A stretch of 64,000 bases of DNA, from positions 1,888,001 to 1,952,000 of the forward strand of contig OY970340.1 in assembly GCA_963717465.1 (NCBI GenBank). Reading direction: 5' to 3'. Both the position numbers and the translations under genes were made by a program. The stretch comes from Candidatus Bathyarchaeota archaeon. GTDB taxonomy: Archaea > Thermoproteota > Bathyarchaeia > Bathyarchaeales > Bathycorpusculaceae. Positions within the stretch are counted from its first letter, which is position 1. Each line of letters begins with the position of its first letter. The notes beneath the pieces are model-generated. The model was not told where the DNA came from. It ran no database searches and saw nothing but the letters and a program-made list of their open reading frames with translations. Positions 31,050 through 42,334 of the stretch are shown here, in pieces.

Positions 31050-31731
31050 ATGTCAGAGCCTATTCCAACGTTTGCCCAGCAGGCATATGCGATCTTGTAC
31101 AACAGGTTCGGAGACCAGCCATTAGAATCCAATTACTTGAATTGGTTCTTATCTGAAGGCATGGTTAAAAAAAACCTTGTACTTCTTAGAAAAGAGACGT
31201 TGGATTCAGAGAGTTCGTAAGGGCAGCTAAGTCTGCATAAATCCTGATCAAATCTTTAGAAGCATGGTCCAGTTCAAAGTGCCAAAATTGTTGAGTGAAG
31301 CGACGAGAAAATATGCATACACGAGAGCAAGCGCTGTTGAGGTCTGGACTGATTTCAGCTATATGCAGAGGAGTTGGGAGCACTCACCGTATTTTGTCAA
31401 AGTGTTAAAAGAAGACGAGATATTCTAGAAACAGCATTTCAGAAATCATAAAATCAATGTGTTTGTCAGAGAGGCGCACCCAGCCATAGACGAGTTTGTG
31501 GTCTTGTTTCCGCAGGAAAGATTAGAATATGAAGTTTATGAAGACATGCCCGTTGATAAATTGAACCAAGTCACGAGATTCTGTGAAAGAAACATTGAGA
31601 CCTTCGAGTATACTTTAGCTTATTTGAAGAGCAAATTCGGCGTCAAGACCAAGGCGAAGATAGATAAAAGGGTTTTAGAGGAAGCCGCCCGGGAAGAAAG
31701 CAGAAGCCAGAAAAGCAAACACACGATTTGA
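31050..31731 (+). pseudogene. Degraded AbiEi-like antitoxin
   Basis: MSEPIPTF..; frameshift in the A8 run at 31167-31174; in-frame TAA at 31228 and TAG at 31426; QRVRKGS and YTRASAVEVW resemble ERVKWGWY and VSAQTAASFW of 27012-27722. Confidence 0.65.
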
Positions 31732-31790
31732 TGCTTAGAATTGTGCTCACAAATACGAGAAAGACAAAATCGTAGCCATGCGAGCGCTTT

Positions 31791-33781
31791 TCATCTTTGC
31801 GGAAGGGTATTTGGAACCGTTTGACCAGTGGTCTTTTGTTTTTTAATGCGGTGTAAAAGCGATAATGAGGTAGCTATTAAAATTGCAGCTAGTAAAAATT
31901 ATGGTTCCTAAAAGAAAAACTGATTGCAGCGAGAACAAAGAGAATGATCTGGAACCGGTTGATGTTGATGTCGATGTCGGAGAGCTTGAAATCGGAAGGC
32001 TTGAAACTGATATAATGTGAGGTGCCTCAACATCGGTGAACGTGTAGCTTCCAGTGATTTGCACAGAAGAATCGTCAACCAGCACTTGGCTAATTTTATA
32101 GCCGCTTTTGGCACCGTATGTGAATGTTTGATTGCCGCCGTTATCAACGTCTATGAGACCTAAAGGAGTAATAATGCTGTCGTTGTCGCTAACAGCAGTA
32201 ATAGGCTCATCATTAGGATGGCTTGCCGGGTGGCTAACTGTTCCAAGGTAGATTCTTGATGAAGGAAGCGAGGATATTAGAGTTTCATTCAACAAACTGT
32301 TCCAGTCACTAGCGAAATCCAACTGCCAAATCCCAGAACTATTCAAATCATACTCAAAAATACTGGTCCCAAACATGGATAGGAAAGTGCCAGGTGAAGA
32401 CACACTTACAGTAACCGTTCTAGCAGTGAGATTTATGCTGCTGACGCCACCATCCACTATATTATTGATATCCTCATAGGCAGATTCTGCCATGGGCACA
32501 GCCAAAGACCCATTCACCGGAACGGTAGATAAAAGCATAATTAAAACGGCAGCATCAGCCGTTGCCTCCACACTCTCCGTAGTCTCAGAATTCAACCTGA
32601 ACATACCTACGGAACTATTATACAATTCACTTTGCATAAGCAAACTCCAAGCAGGAGCTGAACCCGCAGAGCCATTCAACAAGCCTTGAACTTGACTCTG
32701 CATAACGCTTGTCATATTACCATAAAATCCAAGAAGCGCAGACCAATACATGATAGTGTTCTCAAGCCTCTCCTGCGAGTTGCCTTTAGTACCATTAACT
32801 CCCGTGGCATGAACAGCAACATAATCAAGCCAACCTGAACTGCTCCAACCTTGACTCAACAACCTGGTTTCCAAATCCGCAAACAAATTACCTACATCTG
32901 AGATTGTTGGATCATAATAGTTAAGCTTAGAAATAATCTGATCAAACCCACCCGCTTCACACTCAAACGCAACCCAATTATAAGCATACTTATAGAAACT
33001 CCCACCCGAACATGTTGTATCCCAAAGATTAGCGTTAGTCCAGTTCCACCAGTACTCAGCCTGAACAAGCGCATCAGGAACACCCAACAACCAGAAGGTC
33101 AAATACATATCAACCGTTTCTCCACATTCATCATAATACCTCGGCCCGTAACTTATCCCCCAACCATTTCCATCAGACCCTATGCAGAGAACCGGCTTAC
33201 CATACTCAGCCACACCATAATTAAACACCGCATAAGCAGCAGACAAATTCCACTTAGAAGTCTCATAATTCAACTGATCCGCCCACTGATAAGCATACAA
33301 ATCAAACCTGTTATAGAGAAGAAAAGATGCAATACCAACTCCCGCATTCACGTTATCAAAATCATAAGGCAACCCTCCTACCGCTAGGCAACATAGAAAC
33401 CTCATTTAACGCCGCCTCAACCGTAGTCACATTAATTGCAACACCAAATTTCGCCAACTCAAAATACCAATAAAACACACTCTCAGCCGCAGACGTAGAA
33501 TTAACATTAATAGCATCAACAGCACCTTGAAGCTGACCCACCGTAGTTTGCCCCAACACAATCCCATCATAAATCGACTGCAAACTACTATTCCAACCAC
33601 CATTCGCCCCAACACTACTCTCCAAAGAAGCAATCACCGAAGCAGAACCCATAGTCTGCGTTACTAAATCACTCGCTTCCCCACCGACAACACTCACCGC
33701 CCCAGAAAAACAACTCACAGATAAAAACACAATTATGAACAACGCAGTTGCATGAATTGCATTAAAAATTTTTTTTACCAT
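31791..33781 (-). CDS. Large secreted, membrane-anchored protein with an InlB-B-repeat-like module; frameshifts near 33381 and 31896
   Basis: Signal MVKKIFNAIHATALFII; aromatic-rich core; GGNQTFTYGAKSGYKISQVLVD..YTFTDV; Ser/Thr linker; repaired end gives a TM helix plus HRIKKQK. Confidence 0.7.
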
Positions 33782-34326
33782 ACACACTTCACTTATCATA
33801 TCAACAGTTAAAAAACCCCATAAGACGCTTAGTAAACGCTGTAAAACAAAAAGCAACCAAAAAACTCTTCATCAAATAACAAAAATGAATCCTTGAAAAA
33901 TAAACATCAAACACGGCAATCCCCCAGATCAACTACCACATAAATTCCAGTTATTAAAACAAGATTAAATTTAAATTTTTAGGTAACTCTTAGACACAAT
34001 TAAAACCGCTCAAAACAAAGACAACATCATTTTCAAAATACTAAAAAAAACCTAAATTTATGAAAACAATTAAGACTAAACGACAACACAAAATAAGAAA
34101 AAACTTTGAACACACGCTAAAAAAAAACAACCCTAACCACACAAGCAACACCAATCAAAAACTCACAACAGCACTCAGCCTAAACCAAACAATAGCACGT
34201 GCCAAATAGAACCAACATAAGCCTCCCAGAAAACTTTTATTTACTAATCACAAGCATCTTTACAAACAGAACCTAATTGGGAAAAAGGAGACCCCGTAAA
34301 ATAAAAAATCAGGAAAAGGAAACAAC

Positions 34327-35961
34327 ATGACTCTTCTCAGCCGCCTATTCGCAAGGATGTTCAAAATGCCTGCAGCAGAAACATACGACACTGCAATCGA
34401 GCGCGACATCAAAGTACCAATGTCAGACGGCGTCGTTTTACTGGCAGACCACTATTACCCCCGCAAAAATCCTAATGTACCCACACTATTGGTCAGATCA
34501 TGCTACGGCAGAAGCGGCATGCTTGGAGTAATGTACGGACACTTATTTGCCGAGCGCGGCTACCAAGCATTGATAGAAAGCTGCCGTGGAACAGCAGGAT
34601 CAGGCGGAAAGCTTAACCCGTTCTTTGACGAGCACTCCGACGGCATAGACACGATTGAATGGATAAAAAAGCAGAGTTGGTTTAATGGCAAGTTAGCAAC
34701 AATGGGGGGAAGTTACCTTGGTTATACACAGTGGGCTCTCGCTGCTGACGCAGCTAAAAGCTTAAGCGCCATGGCACTCACAGTCACCGCATCACAGTTT
34801 AGAGGACAAACTTATCCAGGCGATTCCTTATCTCTTCAGGACCCATTCTCCTGGACCTTAACTATGGGCTCTCCAGGAAAAACAGGATCCACAAATTTTA
34901 AAGTGATGCTATTTGGGCTACCATCAAAAAAAATACGACATTTGCCACTCGGTGATTTAGACAATCTTTTTATCGGCAAAAAAGTTGATTTCTGGCAAGA
35001 TTGGCTAAAAAACAGTGAACCTGAATACGAATGGTGGAAACCAGCCGATTTTAGCGAATCTGTAAAGCGAGTTAACGTTCCAGTAAATACGATTGCTGGC
35101 TGGTACGATATTTTCTTGCCTTGGCAACTAGACGATTATGTATCATTAAAAGAGGCAGGGTACTCGCCATACTTAACTGTTGGGCCATGGCAGCATACCA
35201 GCATGAAGGTTAATGAATACGGCCTTGCGGAAACCCTAACGTGGTTTAATGTAAAGCTAAAAGGTAAACATGACCAGTTAAGGAAATTACCCGTTCACAT
35301 TTTTGTCATGGGCTTAAAAGAGTGGAAGGACTTTGAAGAGTGGCCGCCACGTGATTACAATCCTGAAAACTGGTATCTCCAGACTGGAAAAAAGCTAGCT
35401 ACTGTTTCACCCGCTAGTTCCGACCCTGATACTTATGTTTATGACCCAGCCGACCCAACACCATCCATCGGCGGTGTAGTAATTTCCAAAGGAGGTTCCC
35501 AGAATAATCGAAAATTGGAAACTCGTGCAGATGTTCTTACCTTCACAAGTGATTTACTGGAAAAGGACACCGAAGTGATTGGCCCAGTTTCAGCTGAAAT
35601 CTATATCAAATCAAATAGGGAATATGCCGACTTTTTCGCCCGCGTTTGCGACGTTTATCCTTCTAACAAATCAATGAATGTTTGTGATGGAATCAGGAGA
35701 ATAAGACCTGGAAAGCCAGAACCAGAACCAGATGGCACTATCAAAGTAAAAATAGAGCTATGGCCAACAGCCTACATGTTCAAGAAAGGCCACAGCATCC
35801 GACTGCAAGTATCCAGCGGCGCGTTTCCCCGTTTCGCTCGCAACCTTGGTACCGGGCAACCTCTGGCGACAGGCGTGGATTTTCTTAAAGCAGAGCAGAA
35901 AATATATCATGACCCAGCACACCAATCGGCAATTATTCTACCAGCAAAGAGGTATCCGTAA
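34327..35961 (+). CDS. CocE/NonD-family hydrolase
   Basis: VPMSDGVVLLAD, CRGTAGSGG, GGSYLG nucleophile, GWYDIF, GPWQH, YDPADPTPS. Confidence 0.92.
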   Translation: MTLLSRLFARMFKMPAAETYDTAIERDIKVPMSDGVVLLADHYYPRKNPNVPTLLVRSCYGRSGMLGVMYGHLFAERGYQALIESCRGTAGSGGKLNPFFDEHSDGIDTIEWIKKQSWFNGKLATMGGSYLGYTQWALAADAAKSLSAMALTVTASQFRGQTYPGDSLSLQDPFSWTLTMGSPGKTGSTNFKVMLFGLPSKKIRHLPLGDLDNLFIGKKVDFWQDWLKNSEPEYEWWKPADFSESVKRVNVPVNTIAGWYDIFLPWQLDDYVSLKEAGYSPYLTVGPWQHTSMKVNEYGLAETLTWFNVKLKGKHDQLRKLPVHIFVMGLKEWKDFEEWPPRDYNPENWYLQTGKKLATVSPASSDPDTYVYDPADPTPSIGGVVISKGGSQNNRKLETRADVLTFTSDLLEKDTEVIGPVSAEIYIKSNREYADFFARVCDVYPSNKSMNVCDGIRRIRPGKPEPEPDGTIKVKIELWPTAYMFKKGHSIRLQVSSGAFPRFARNLGTGQPLATGVDFLKAEQKIYHDPAHQSAIILPAKRYP

Positions 35962-36082
35962 CATCTAACACCTCCTCTAGAGAATAGACGCACCAAAAAA
36001 GTTCAGTGCACCTTTTTTCGATGAAACGTGGCCCTCAAATTACCTATTTCCTGAAAAAACATTCCAAATTTAATCATTCAAA

Positions 36083-37607
36083 TTATGACCCAGCGCCTAT
36101 TGTGCCATCCCAAGTGTCAACTTTTGTCTTTTTCTGTTCTTCTTTTGTAAACCATGTCGTAGTTACGCATTTTGTTTCTGTAAAGAACTTTAAGCCATCC
36201 TCGCCTAACACGTGTAAATCTCCGAAAAACGAGTTCTTATGCCCAGAAAATGGGAATATGCTCACTGGCACAGGAATGCCGACGTTGATTCCCACCATGC
36301 CTGCATGGGTTCTCAAAGCAAATTGCCTGCTGTAGTAGCCGCTCTGCGTATAAATTACTGAGCCGTTAGCATAACGACTTTTATTCATGAGTTGAATGCC
36401 CTCTTCAAAATCTTTCACTCTTTTGACGCATATGACTGGGCCGAATATTTCTTCGTTGCCTATTGTCATTTCTGGTGTGACATGATCAAATATTGTAGGT
36501 CCAAGATAGAATCCCCATCGGTAACCTTTAACCTTGATATTCCGCCCGTCTAGAACCAGCTTGGCACCTTCTTCAACGCCTTTTTCAATCCATTTAATTA
36601 CAGATCGTCTATGGGCATCTGTTACAAGTGGCCCAAGTTGCGATGTTTTTTCATATGCAGGACCAACTGTGAGATCTTTTGCGTATTTTACAAGTAACTC
36701 AACCAGTTTATCGGCGATGCTTTCCTGCACGACAACTACTGGTAACGCCATGCATCGTTCTCCTGCGCAGCCAAAACCTGAATTAATTATGCCTCTAGCA
36801 GTGCGTTGCAGTGCGGCATCTTCCAGGACCAAAGCGTGATTTTTGGCTTCGCTAAGAGCCTGGACTCTTTTGCCGTTTGCGGCAGCGGTGGAGTAAATAT
36901 GAAGTGCCACAGACATTGAGCCAACAAAGCTTACTCCTTTTATGTCAGGGTGCCTTAGGAAAATTTCTGCTTCGTTTCTGCTGCACGTTAAAATGTTCAG
37001 CACGCCGTCGGGCAATCCGGCTTCCTGCCAAAGTTCCGCGCACCGCATAGCTGTCATAGGAGTCATAGAGGCTGCTTTAATAACCAACGTGTTTCCTGTC
37101 GCTATGCACATGGGTGCCATCCACCCCATCGGAATCATTCCTGGGAAATTGAAAGGAGGAATACAGGCGAATACGCCCACTGGCTCGCGATACATCACTG
37201 TATCGTACCCGGTTGAAGTGTTCATAAGCGACTGTCCCATCATAAGGGTAGGCGCGCCACATGCAAGTTCTACTGGCTCTTTGATTTTCAGTATATCGCC
37301 TTTAGCCTCCTCCCACACCTTGCCATGCTCTCTTGCAACCATATAGAGTCAGTTCATCCAGGTTTTTGCCCAATAAATCTTTGAATTTGAATAGCACCTG
37401 GACTCTTTTCATAACGGGCGTCTGTGACCATGTTTCAAAAGCTTTTTTAGCAGCTTGTATAGCCGCTTCTACCTCGTCAACTGTGCAGCAAGGCGTTTGG
37501 GCTATGACTTCTCCAGTGCTTGGATTATAAACATCCATATACTTGTCAGTGTTGGATTCTAACCATTTTCCGGCTGCAAAGTATTTTAGTTTTTTAACAT
37601 TAGTCAT
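36083..37607 (-). CDS. mmsA: CoA-acylating (methyl)malonate-semialdehyde dehydrogenase; frameshift near 37346
   Basis: YNPSTGE, PFNFPGMIP, FVGS, EAKNH, FGCAGERCMA, EEIFGPV, GINVGIPVP. Confidence 0.9.
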
Positions 37608-37674
37608 TCCTGGGGCTTCCTAAAGCTATTTTTTCAATCATTGAAGTATTTTAATTTTCTTTCTGCTTAATTTC

Positions 37675-39349
37675 TTATTTCTTCGTTAAATTGAGTTTTT
37701 TCGGGCTCAATGTTCTGTAGTAACTGCCGCAGAGATTTTTTGGATTAAATGTTTCACGCACTTTGTATTGATAAGCTGTTACAAGAGGCTGAGGCAGTTT
37801 GGAAAACATTTCATCCTGTTCTTCTTGGCTTAAATAATATCCATCTGGACGACGGGCACTCTGGTTCCATTTGCCCATATCCACTCCGAGCTTCTTTTCA
37901 TTCATCCAGTCCTGTGTCGCGTTAAAAAAGTCCGCTGTACCTTTTACCGATGATTTTTCGTAAGCGTCAAAATGGGTAAAGAACTCCCAACCGGTACTTC
38001 CACCGCCGCCCATGATGGTGATTGAGCCCATATCCGAATCTCCGCCGACCTTGGCAATATGGTTGGTTTCATCTTCCCATTTCTTCTTAAGTGCAGAAGC
38101 TTCTTCCATCACCGAAGAGGATACAAACACGTTATTGGATAACCCAAAGTTACCTTCGTAGGCGCCGCACATGACGTAATTCAAGTTTTTATGACCCATG
38201 CGTAGCAAATACATGAGCGTCCAATCTTTTAGCTCCGGATCCAGCATGAAGTCGCTCTTCCAGCCGCCTACTCGCTCAAGAATTGTGTCCAAAGCTTTTT
38301 CTTTATAGTCTAAATCTCGTTTTGTCATGCCTGCAATGATTACTTGTATGTCTATCTTCATGTCCTTGTTAGCTTTTTTCAATTCTGGATCATTGACATA
38401 TTTCTCCAGGTCTGAAAGTTGCCCGTTCGGATCGTTGAGTATTTTGATCATTGCCGTTTTAATGTCGCGTCCAAACATGTTGAATTGCCTGTGACCAAGG
38501 TAGAGAATCTCTGCCTGATGCAGCAGATTAATACCGTTTGAATAGGCATCCCAGTTTGGGAAACACAACGTATACGCCTTAAAGTTGTCTGGTAGACACG
38601 CCTTATAGGCTGGTGCCTGACCGCGTGAAGGAATAAAGGTTGGTCCTGGCCAAGGATGAAGCCTGACTGCAACCCTTGTGCATACGCCGAATGAACCTGC
38701 AGTTCCTTGTTTAGCACGCAGTATTGCCCTTGTACTTATGCCTGGGCCATCTCCGCTGAACCAGCCGGAGCCTGCTCCGAGCGATCCAGTTCTTAATATT
38801 TCACCATTAGGCAGCACCCATTCTGCAGCCAGCATGTTTTCTGTCACTGCACCCATAAATATTGTTTGGGGACCAAAGCCTACCCACCCTGCTGTACTCG
38901 CTGCAACAGAGCTTGAGCAGCCTACCCCGGGTAAATTTAAGGTTCAAGCCGACTTTCAATGCTTCTGCTTGCACAACTGCACCAATTGCATAAGGTTCAA
39001 CGATTGCGTACATGTTTTTTGCATCTATTTCGATTCTTCGCATTCGACGCATATCCAGCTGAACCGAGTTGTCCCCTCCAATGTACCCCATAACAGACCA
39101 AAATGTGGTGGATGCCTTGAATTGGATGTTGTACTTGTTGCATAATTTGATGATTTTTTGAACTTCCTCTGTGCTTCCCGGTAGAATTACTGCAAGTGGA
39201 AGAGGCGTCTTGGTTGAATAAGGACCTCGATGATCTGAGGATTGAGCTGGAATAGCCCTGTAGGTTTCACAAATTCCAATGTCTTCAGATATATTTCTGG
39301 GTCCCACGATATCTTCAAATGCCTTGTACACTTCTTTTGCCAAAACCAT
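37675..39349 (-). CDS. FAD-binding oxidoreductase (VAO/PCMH/GlcD superfamily); frameshift near 38938
   Basis: VILPGSTEEVQKI, LDMRRMRRI, VEPY, EWVLPNGEILRTGS, GSFGVCT. Confidence 0.85.
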
Positions 39350-39360
39350 GTGATTCCCTT

Positions 39361-40635
39361 CTAAAGGGCCTTCATGACGAGATCAATAATATCATAAACC
39401 ATGATTCCGTCATCATTCTTGTCTAATGACCCGATAAAGTTGCTTTCACACCAGGGACATGCAGTTACCAACGCTTCTGCGCCAATAGCTCTCGCTTCCT
39501 GTATGCGTTCTTTGGCTGTCCATGCAGAGAAATCTTTTGAGAACTCGCCGCAGCCGCCTCCTGCACCGCAACACCAAGAATATTCGCGTGTGCGTTCCAT
39601 TTCTACGAGGTTGATTCCTGGTATTGCCTTGAGCACGTTTCTTGGTGGATCATAGATGCCGTAAACGCCGTTGTATCGTGGGCGCGGAGGATCCCATGTG
39701 TGAATTTGATTGCGTATCTTCTTTTCTTTGCCAACCCATGGAACGTAAGGCTCACCCTGTCGCCCCAAATGGCAGGGATCGTGATAAGTGACTGTCATGT
39801 TTACAGGTTTCGTAAATCTGATTTTGCCTGCGTTGATCAGTCTTTCTAAATATTCAACTATGTGTAGCACTTCGATGTCAAGCCCTAACTTGGGGTACAA
39901 CCTTTTAAATCCGTGGTAGCAGTCTGAGCATGGCGTAATTATTGTTTTGACTTTTGCTTTTTGAATAGCTTTGATATTCGCTTTCGCCATTTGATTAAAT
40001 TCGTCCATAAACCCCATTTGATACGCTCTTGCAGCACAGCAATTGTCAGCCTTGCCGAGTACAGCCACATCAGTGCCTGCATCTTGCAGTAATGTAACCA
40101 TCATCTTGGCTTTCTTTGATAGATCTTCATTGTAACTGTATTTGCAGCCTGGGAAAAACAAGATTTCAGAGTTTTCTGTGAGAGCATCTTTTACTTTTAA
40201 GTTTTTCATCCAATTGTTTCGGTCAGTTTTTTTCTTTCCTGAAAGCATGGTCTGTTCCTTTTTTAGGCTACCAATTATTTGTTCTTGTCCGGGGAGTGTT
40301 TTTCCTTTTTTTATTGCATCGGCTTTAAGTGCAATATTATGATCTAAAGGCTCTAAGTTGTATCGGCAGATTTTGCAGCTTACGTCGCAGGAGCCGCAGG
40401 TCATGCAGTTATGCACGACTTCTACTACTTTATCGGTGTACGGTGCATCTCCATCCAGAATAGTTTGTGCAAGTTGGAATCTTCCTCGTGCAGAATAAGT
40501 GTTGAAATTATAGTAGCAGACACTTGGGCAGTTCTCGCTGAACCTTTGGCTTTTCATTTTATCGAAAGGTATCCATTTGCAGCCTGAGCAGTTGCTGCAG
40601 CGTTCCATCATAGGTCTGTATTCATTCAGAGACAT
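39361..40635 (-). CDS. Fe-S oxidoreductase with CCG domains (GlcF/HdrD-like)
   Basis: CSNCSGC..CP, CMTCGSCDVSC, YHDPCHLGR, WCCGAGGG, ACPWC. Confidence 0.9.
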   Translation of the reverse strand: MSLNEYRPMMERCSNCSGCKWIPFDKMKSQRFSENCPSVCYYNFNTYSARGRFQLAQTILDGDAPYTDKVVEVVHNCMTCGSCDVSCKICRYNLEPLDHNIALKADAIKKGKTLPGQEQIIGSLKKEQTMLSGKKKTDRNNWMKNLKVKDALTENSEILFFPGCKYSYNEDLSKKAKMMVTLLQDAGTDVAVLGKADNCCAARAYQMGFMDEFNQMAKANIKAIQKAKVKTIITPCSDCYHGFKRLYPKLGLDIEVLHIVEYLERLINAGKIRFTKPVNMTVTYHDPCHLGRQGEPYVPWVGKEKKIRNQIHTWDPPRPRYNGVYGIYDPPRNVLKAIPGINLVEMERTREYSWCCGAGGGCGEFSKDFSAWTAKERIQEARAIGAEALVTACPWCESNFIGSLDKNDDGIMVYDIIDLVMKAL

Positions 40636-40656
40636 TTCAATATCCTCACAATTAAT

Positions 40657-42129
40657 TTAATAATTAGATAGCTTACCAGGATTCAAAATGTAATTCGGGT
40701 CGAATATCGCTTTAAGCTGCTGTTGGACTTTGTAGTTTTGTGCGTCTTTATTCAATTGAAGTTTCGACCAGATGCCATACGGGCGGAAATAGTACGCGCC
40801 CATGTGTGAAAACTCGGTGCTTGCCTTTTCAAAAAGAGCTTTAGCCTTGCCTACCTCTTCTGCGCTATTCACGTTGTAGGGGAGTGTAAATGAACAGTGA
40901 TACGATGTTCCCATATTCTCAGGCTGAAGATATACTCCGATATCCGAAACTGGGTAGCCCGATTCGGATGCGAGATCCATCATTTTTTGTATAAACCTCG
41001 GCGTTTGATCCAAGGTGGTTGAAAAGAATAAGTCTTCGAATGTGCCCTTGTAGGTTTCCTTCCAGTAAGTGCTACCGCATGGATTTGACGATTTGTTCAG
41101 TACCGCCTTACCCGATATGCCGCCAATCGTCGATAGCAATTGCAATCCATATTTTTGTGCAATTTCGCTGATATCTGCCTCCTGAGACGCTACCCGCTCT
41201 TTGGGCAGTATTTCTCTTCCTACAATACCGACCAAGACAACCCACGACGGCAACTTCATCTTTAACTTGTTAATATCCTCTTGGTCTTTTGCCATTAAAC
41301 AGGCCAATTGAGCGTTATTCATTAAAAAGAACTCTTCACTAAAACGAAATCGAAGCACGTTGTATGCAAAATCGATTAAGTCTTCCAGCTTCTTTGCGGG
41401 CACAAGGTATCCTTTGTGAACTTGGGGTTTGATTTCGCATCGAACAGACACCCATGTAACAATACCCATTGTGCCTTGTGCACCTGTCAGCAGCCTGTAA
41501 AAATCAAGCATCATTGGGCCTGCTGGCTCAACTTGCCATTTGTTTTCTTTCCACTGTTTTTCAAGATCCATCACTGAGCCGCCAGCTTCTCCTGTATACA
41601 TACGGTTGCCGTCTCCCCAGGTAACTTCCACACAGCGCAACGGGTCTAAATCGCACCACTGATGCAATACGTTTAGACGAGGTTCAGTTTCAAGCAAGCT
41701 GCCCACCACAGACTTGCCTTCTCTTGGCGTTAGTGGAAGAGATACTGTCATGCCTTCCTTTTCAAGCGCTTGCATCAACTCACCATACGTAACGCCTGGT
41801 TCGATAACTGTTATTCTATGCGTACGATTAATGCTCAATATTTTTTTCATTTCTGAAAGATCAACAATGATTGCTTCTGGTACGCTTGGCACTGTGTCTC
41901 CCTTATAATGTGGAGCTTTTGAACTAACAGGTACAAGCGGCGTTTTTGTTTCATTAGCCAGTTTTACTAGTGCACCAACATCAACTGCACTGTGCACTTT
42001 GACCACGAATCGTGGTGCCATTTTCGTCGCGAAACTTCTATCCTTAGAATAGCACGAAAGTACCTCGGGATCATCACTTACATTCTCTGATCCAAGGATT
42101 TTAATTAAATCCTTCTTTATGTTTTTCAT
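40657..42129 (-). CDS. FAD-binding oxidoreductase (VAO/PCMH/GlcD superfamily)
   Basis: VDLSEMKKI, IEPGVTYGEL, GAQGTMGIVT, FDPNYILNPGKL; GGAG before ATG42129. Confidence 0.85.
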   Translation of the reverse strand: MKNIKKDLIKILGSENVSDDPEVLSCYSKDRSFATKMAPRFVVKVHSAVDVGALVKLANETKTPLVPVSSKAPHYKGDTVPSVPEAIIVDLSEMKKILSINRTHRITVIEPGVTYGELMQALEKEGMTVSLPLTPREGKSVVGSLLETEPRLNVLHQWCDLDPLRCVEVTWGDGNRMYTGEAGGSVMDLEKQWKENKWQVEPAGPMMLDFYRLLTGAQGTMGIVTWVSVRCEIKPQVHKGYLVPAKKLEDLIDFAYNVLRFRFSEEFFLMNNAQLACLMAKDQEDINKLKMKLPSWVVLVGIVGREILPKERVASQEADISEIAQKYGLQLLSTIGGISGKAVLNKSSNPCGSTYWKETYKGTFEDLFFSTTLDQTPRFIQKMMDLASESGYPVSDIGVYLQPENMGTSYHCSFTLPYNVNSAEEVGKAKALFEKASTEFSHMGAYYFRPYGIWSKLQLNKDAQNYKVQQQLKAIFDPNYILNPGKLSNY

Positions 42130-42334
42130 GTTAAATCTCCATAAGCTTTTGGTTTTTTCAAACATTGATGCGAAAGAATCAAAGAATTAATTGGAGAAAG
42201 TGAGGTTAAAAAGCATGCAGAGAGACTATTCGACTCACACTTTTGCTTAGAGAGTTGCATTAGGAAATCAGAAATGGAATAAAAAGCCCCAACTATATAA
42301 CCATTTTTAATTCACTCTATGACTAGCTGATTCG

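Noticed and set aside
31426..31428. Pyrrolysine readthrough of the in-frame TAG
   Set aside because: The same gene also has an in-frame TAA and a frameshift, and no pyl genes are visible; decay is simpler
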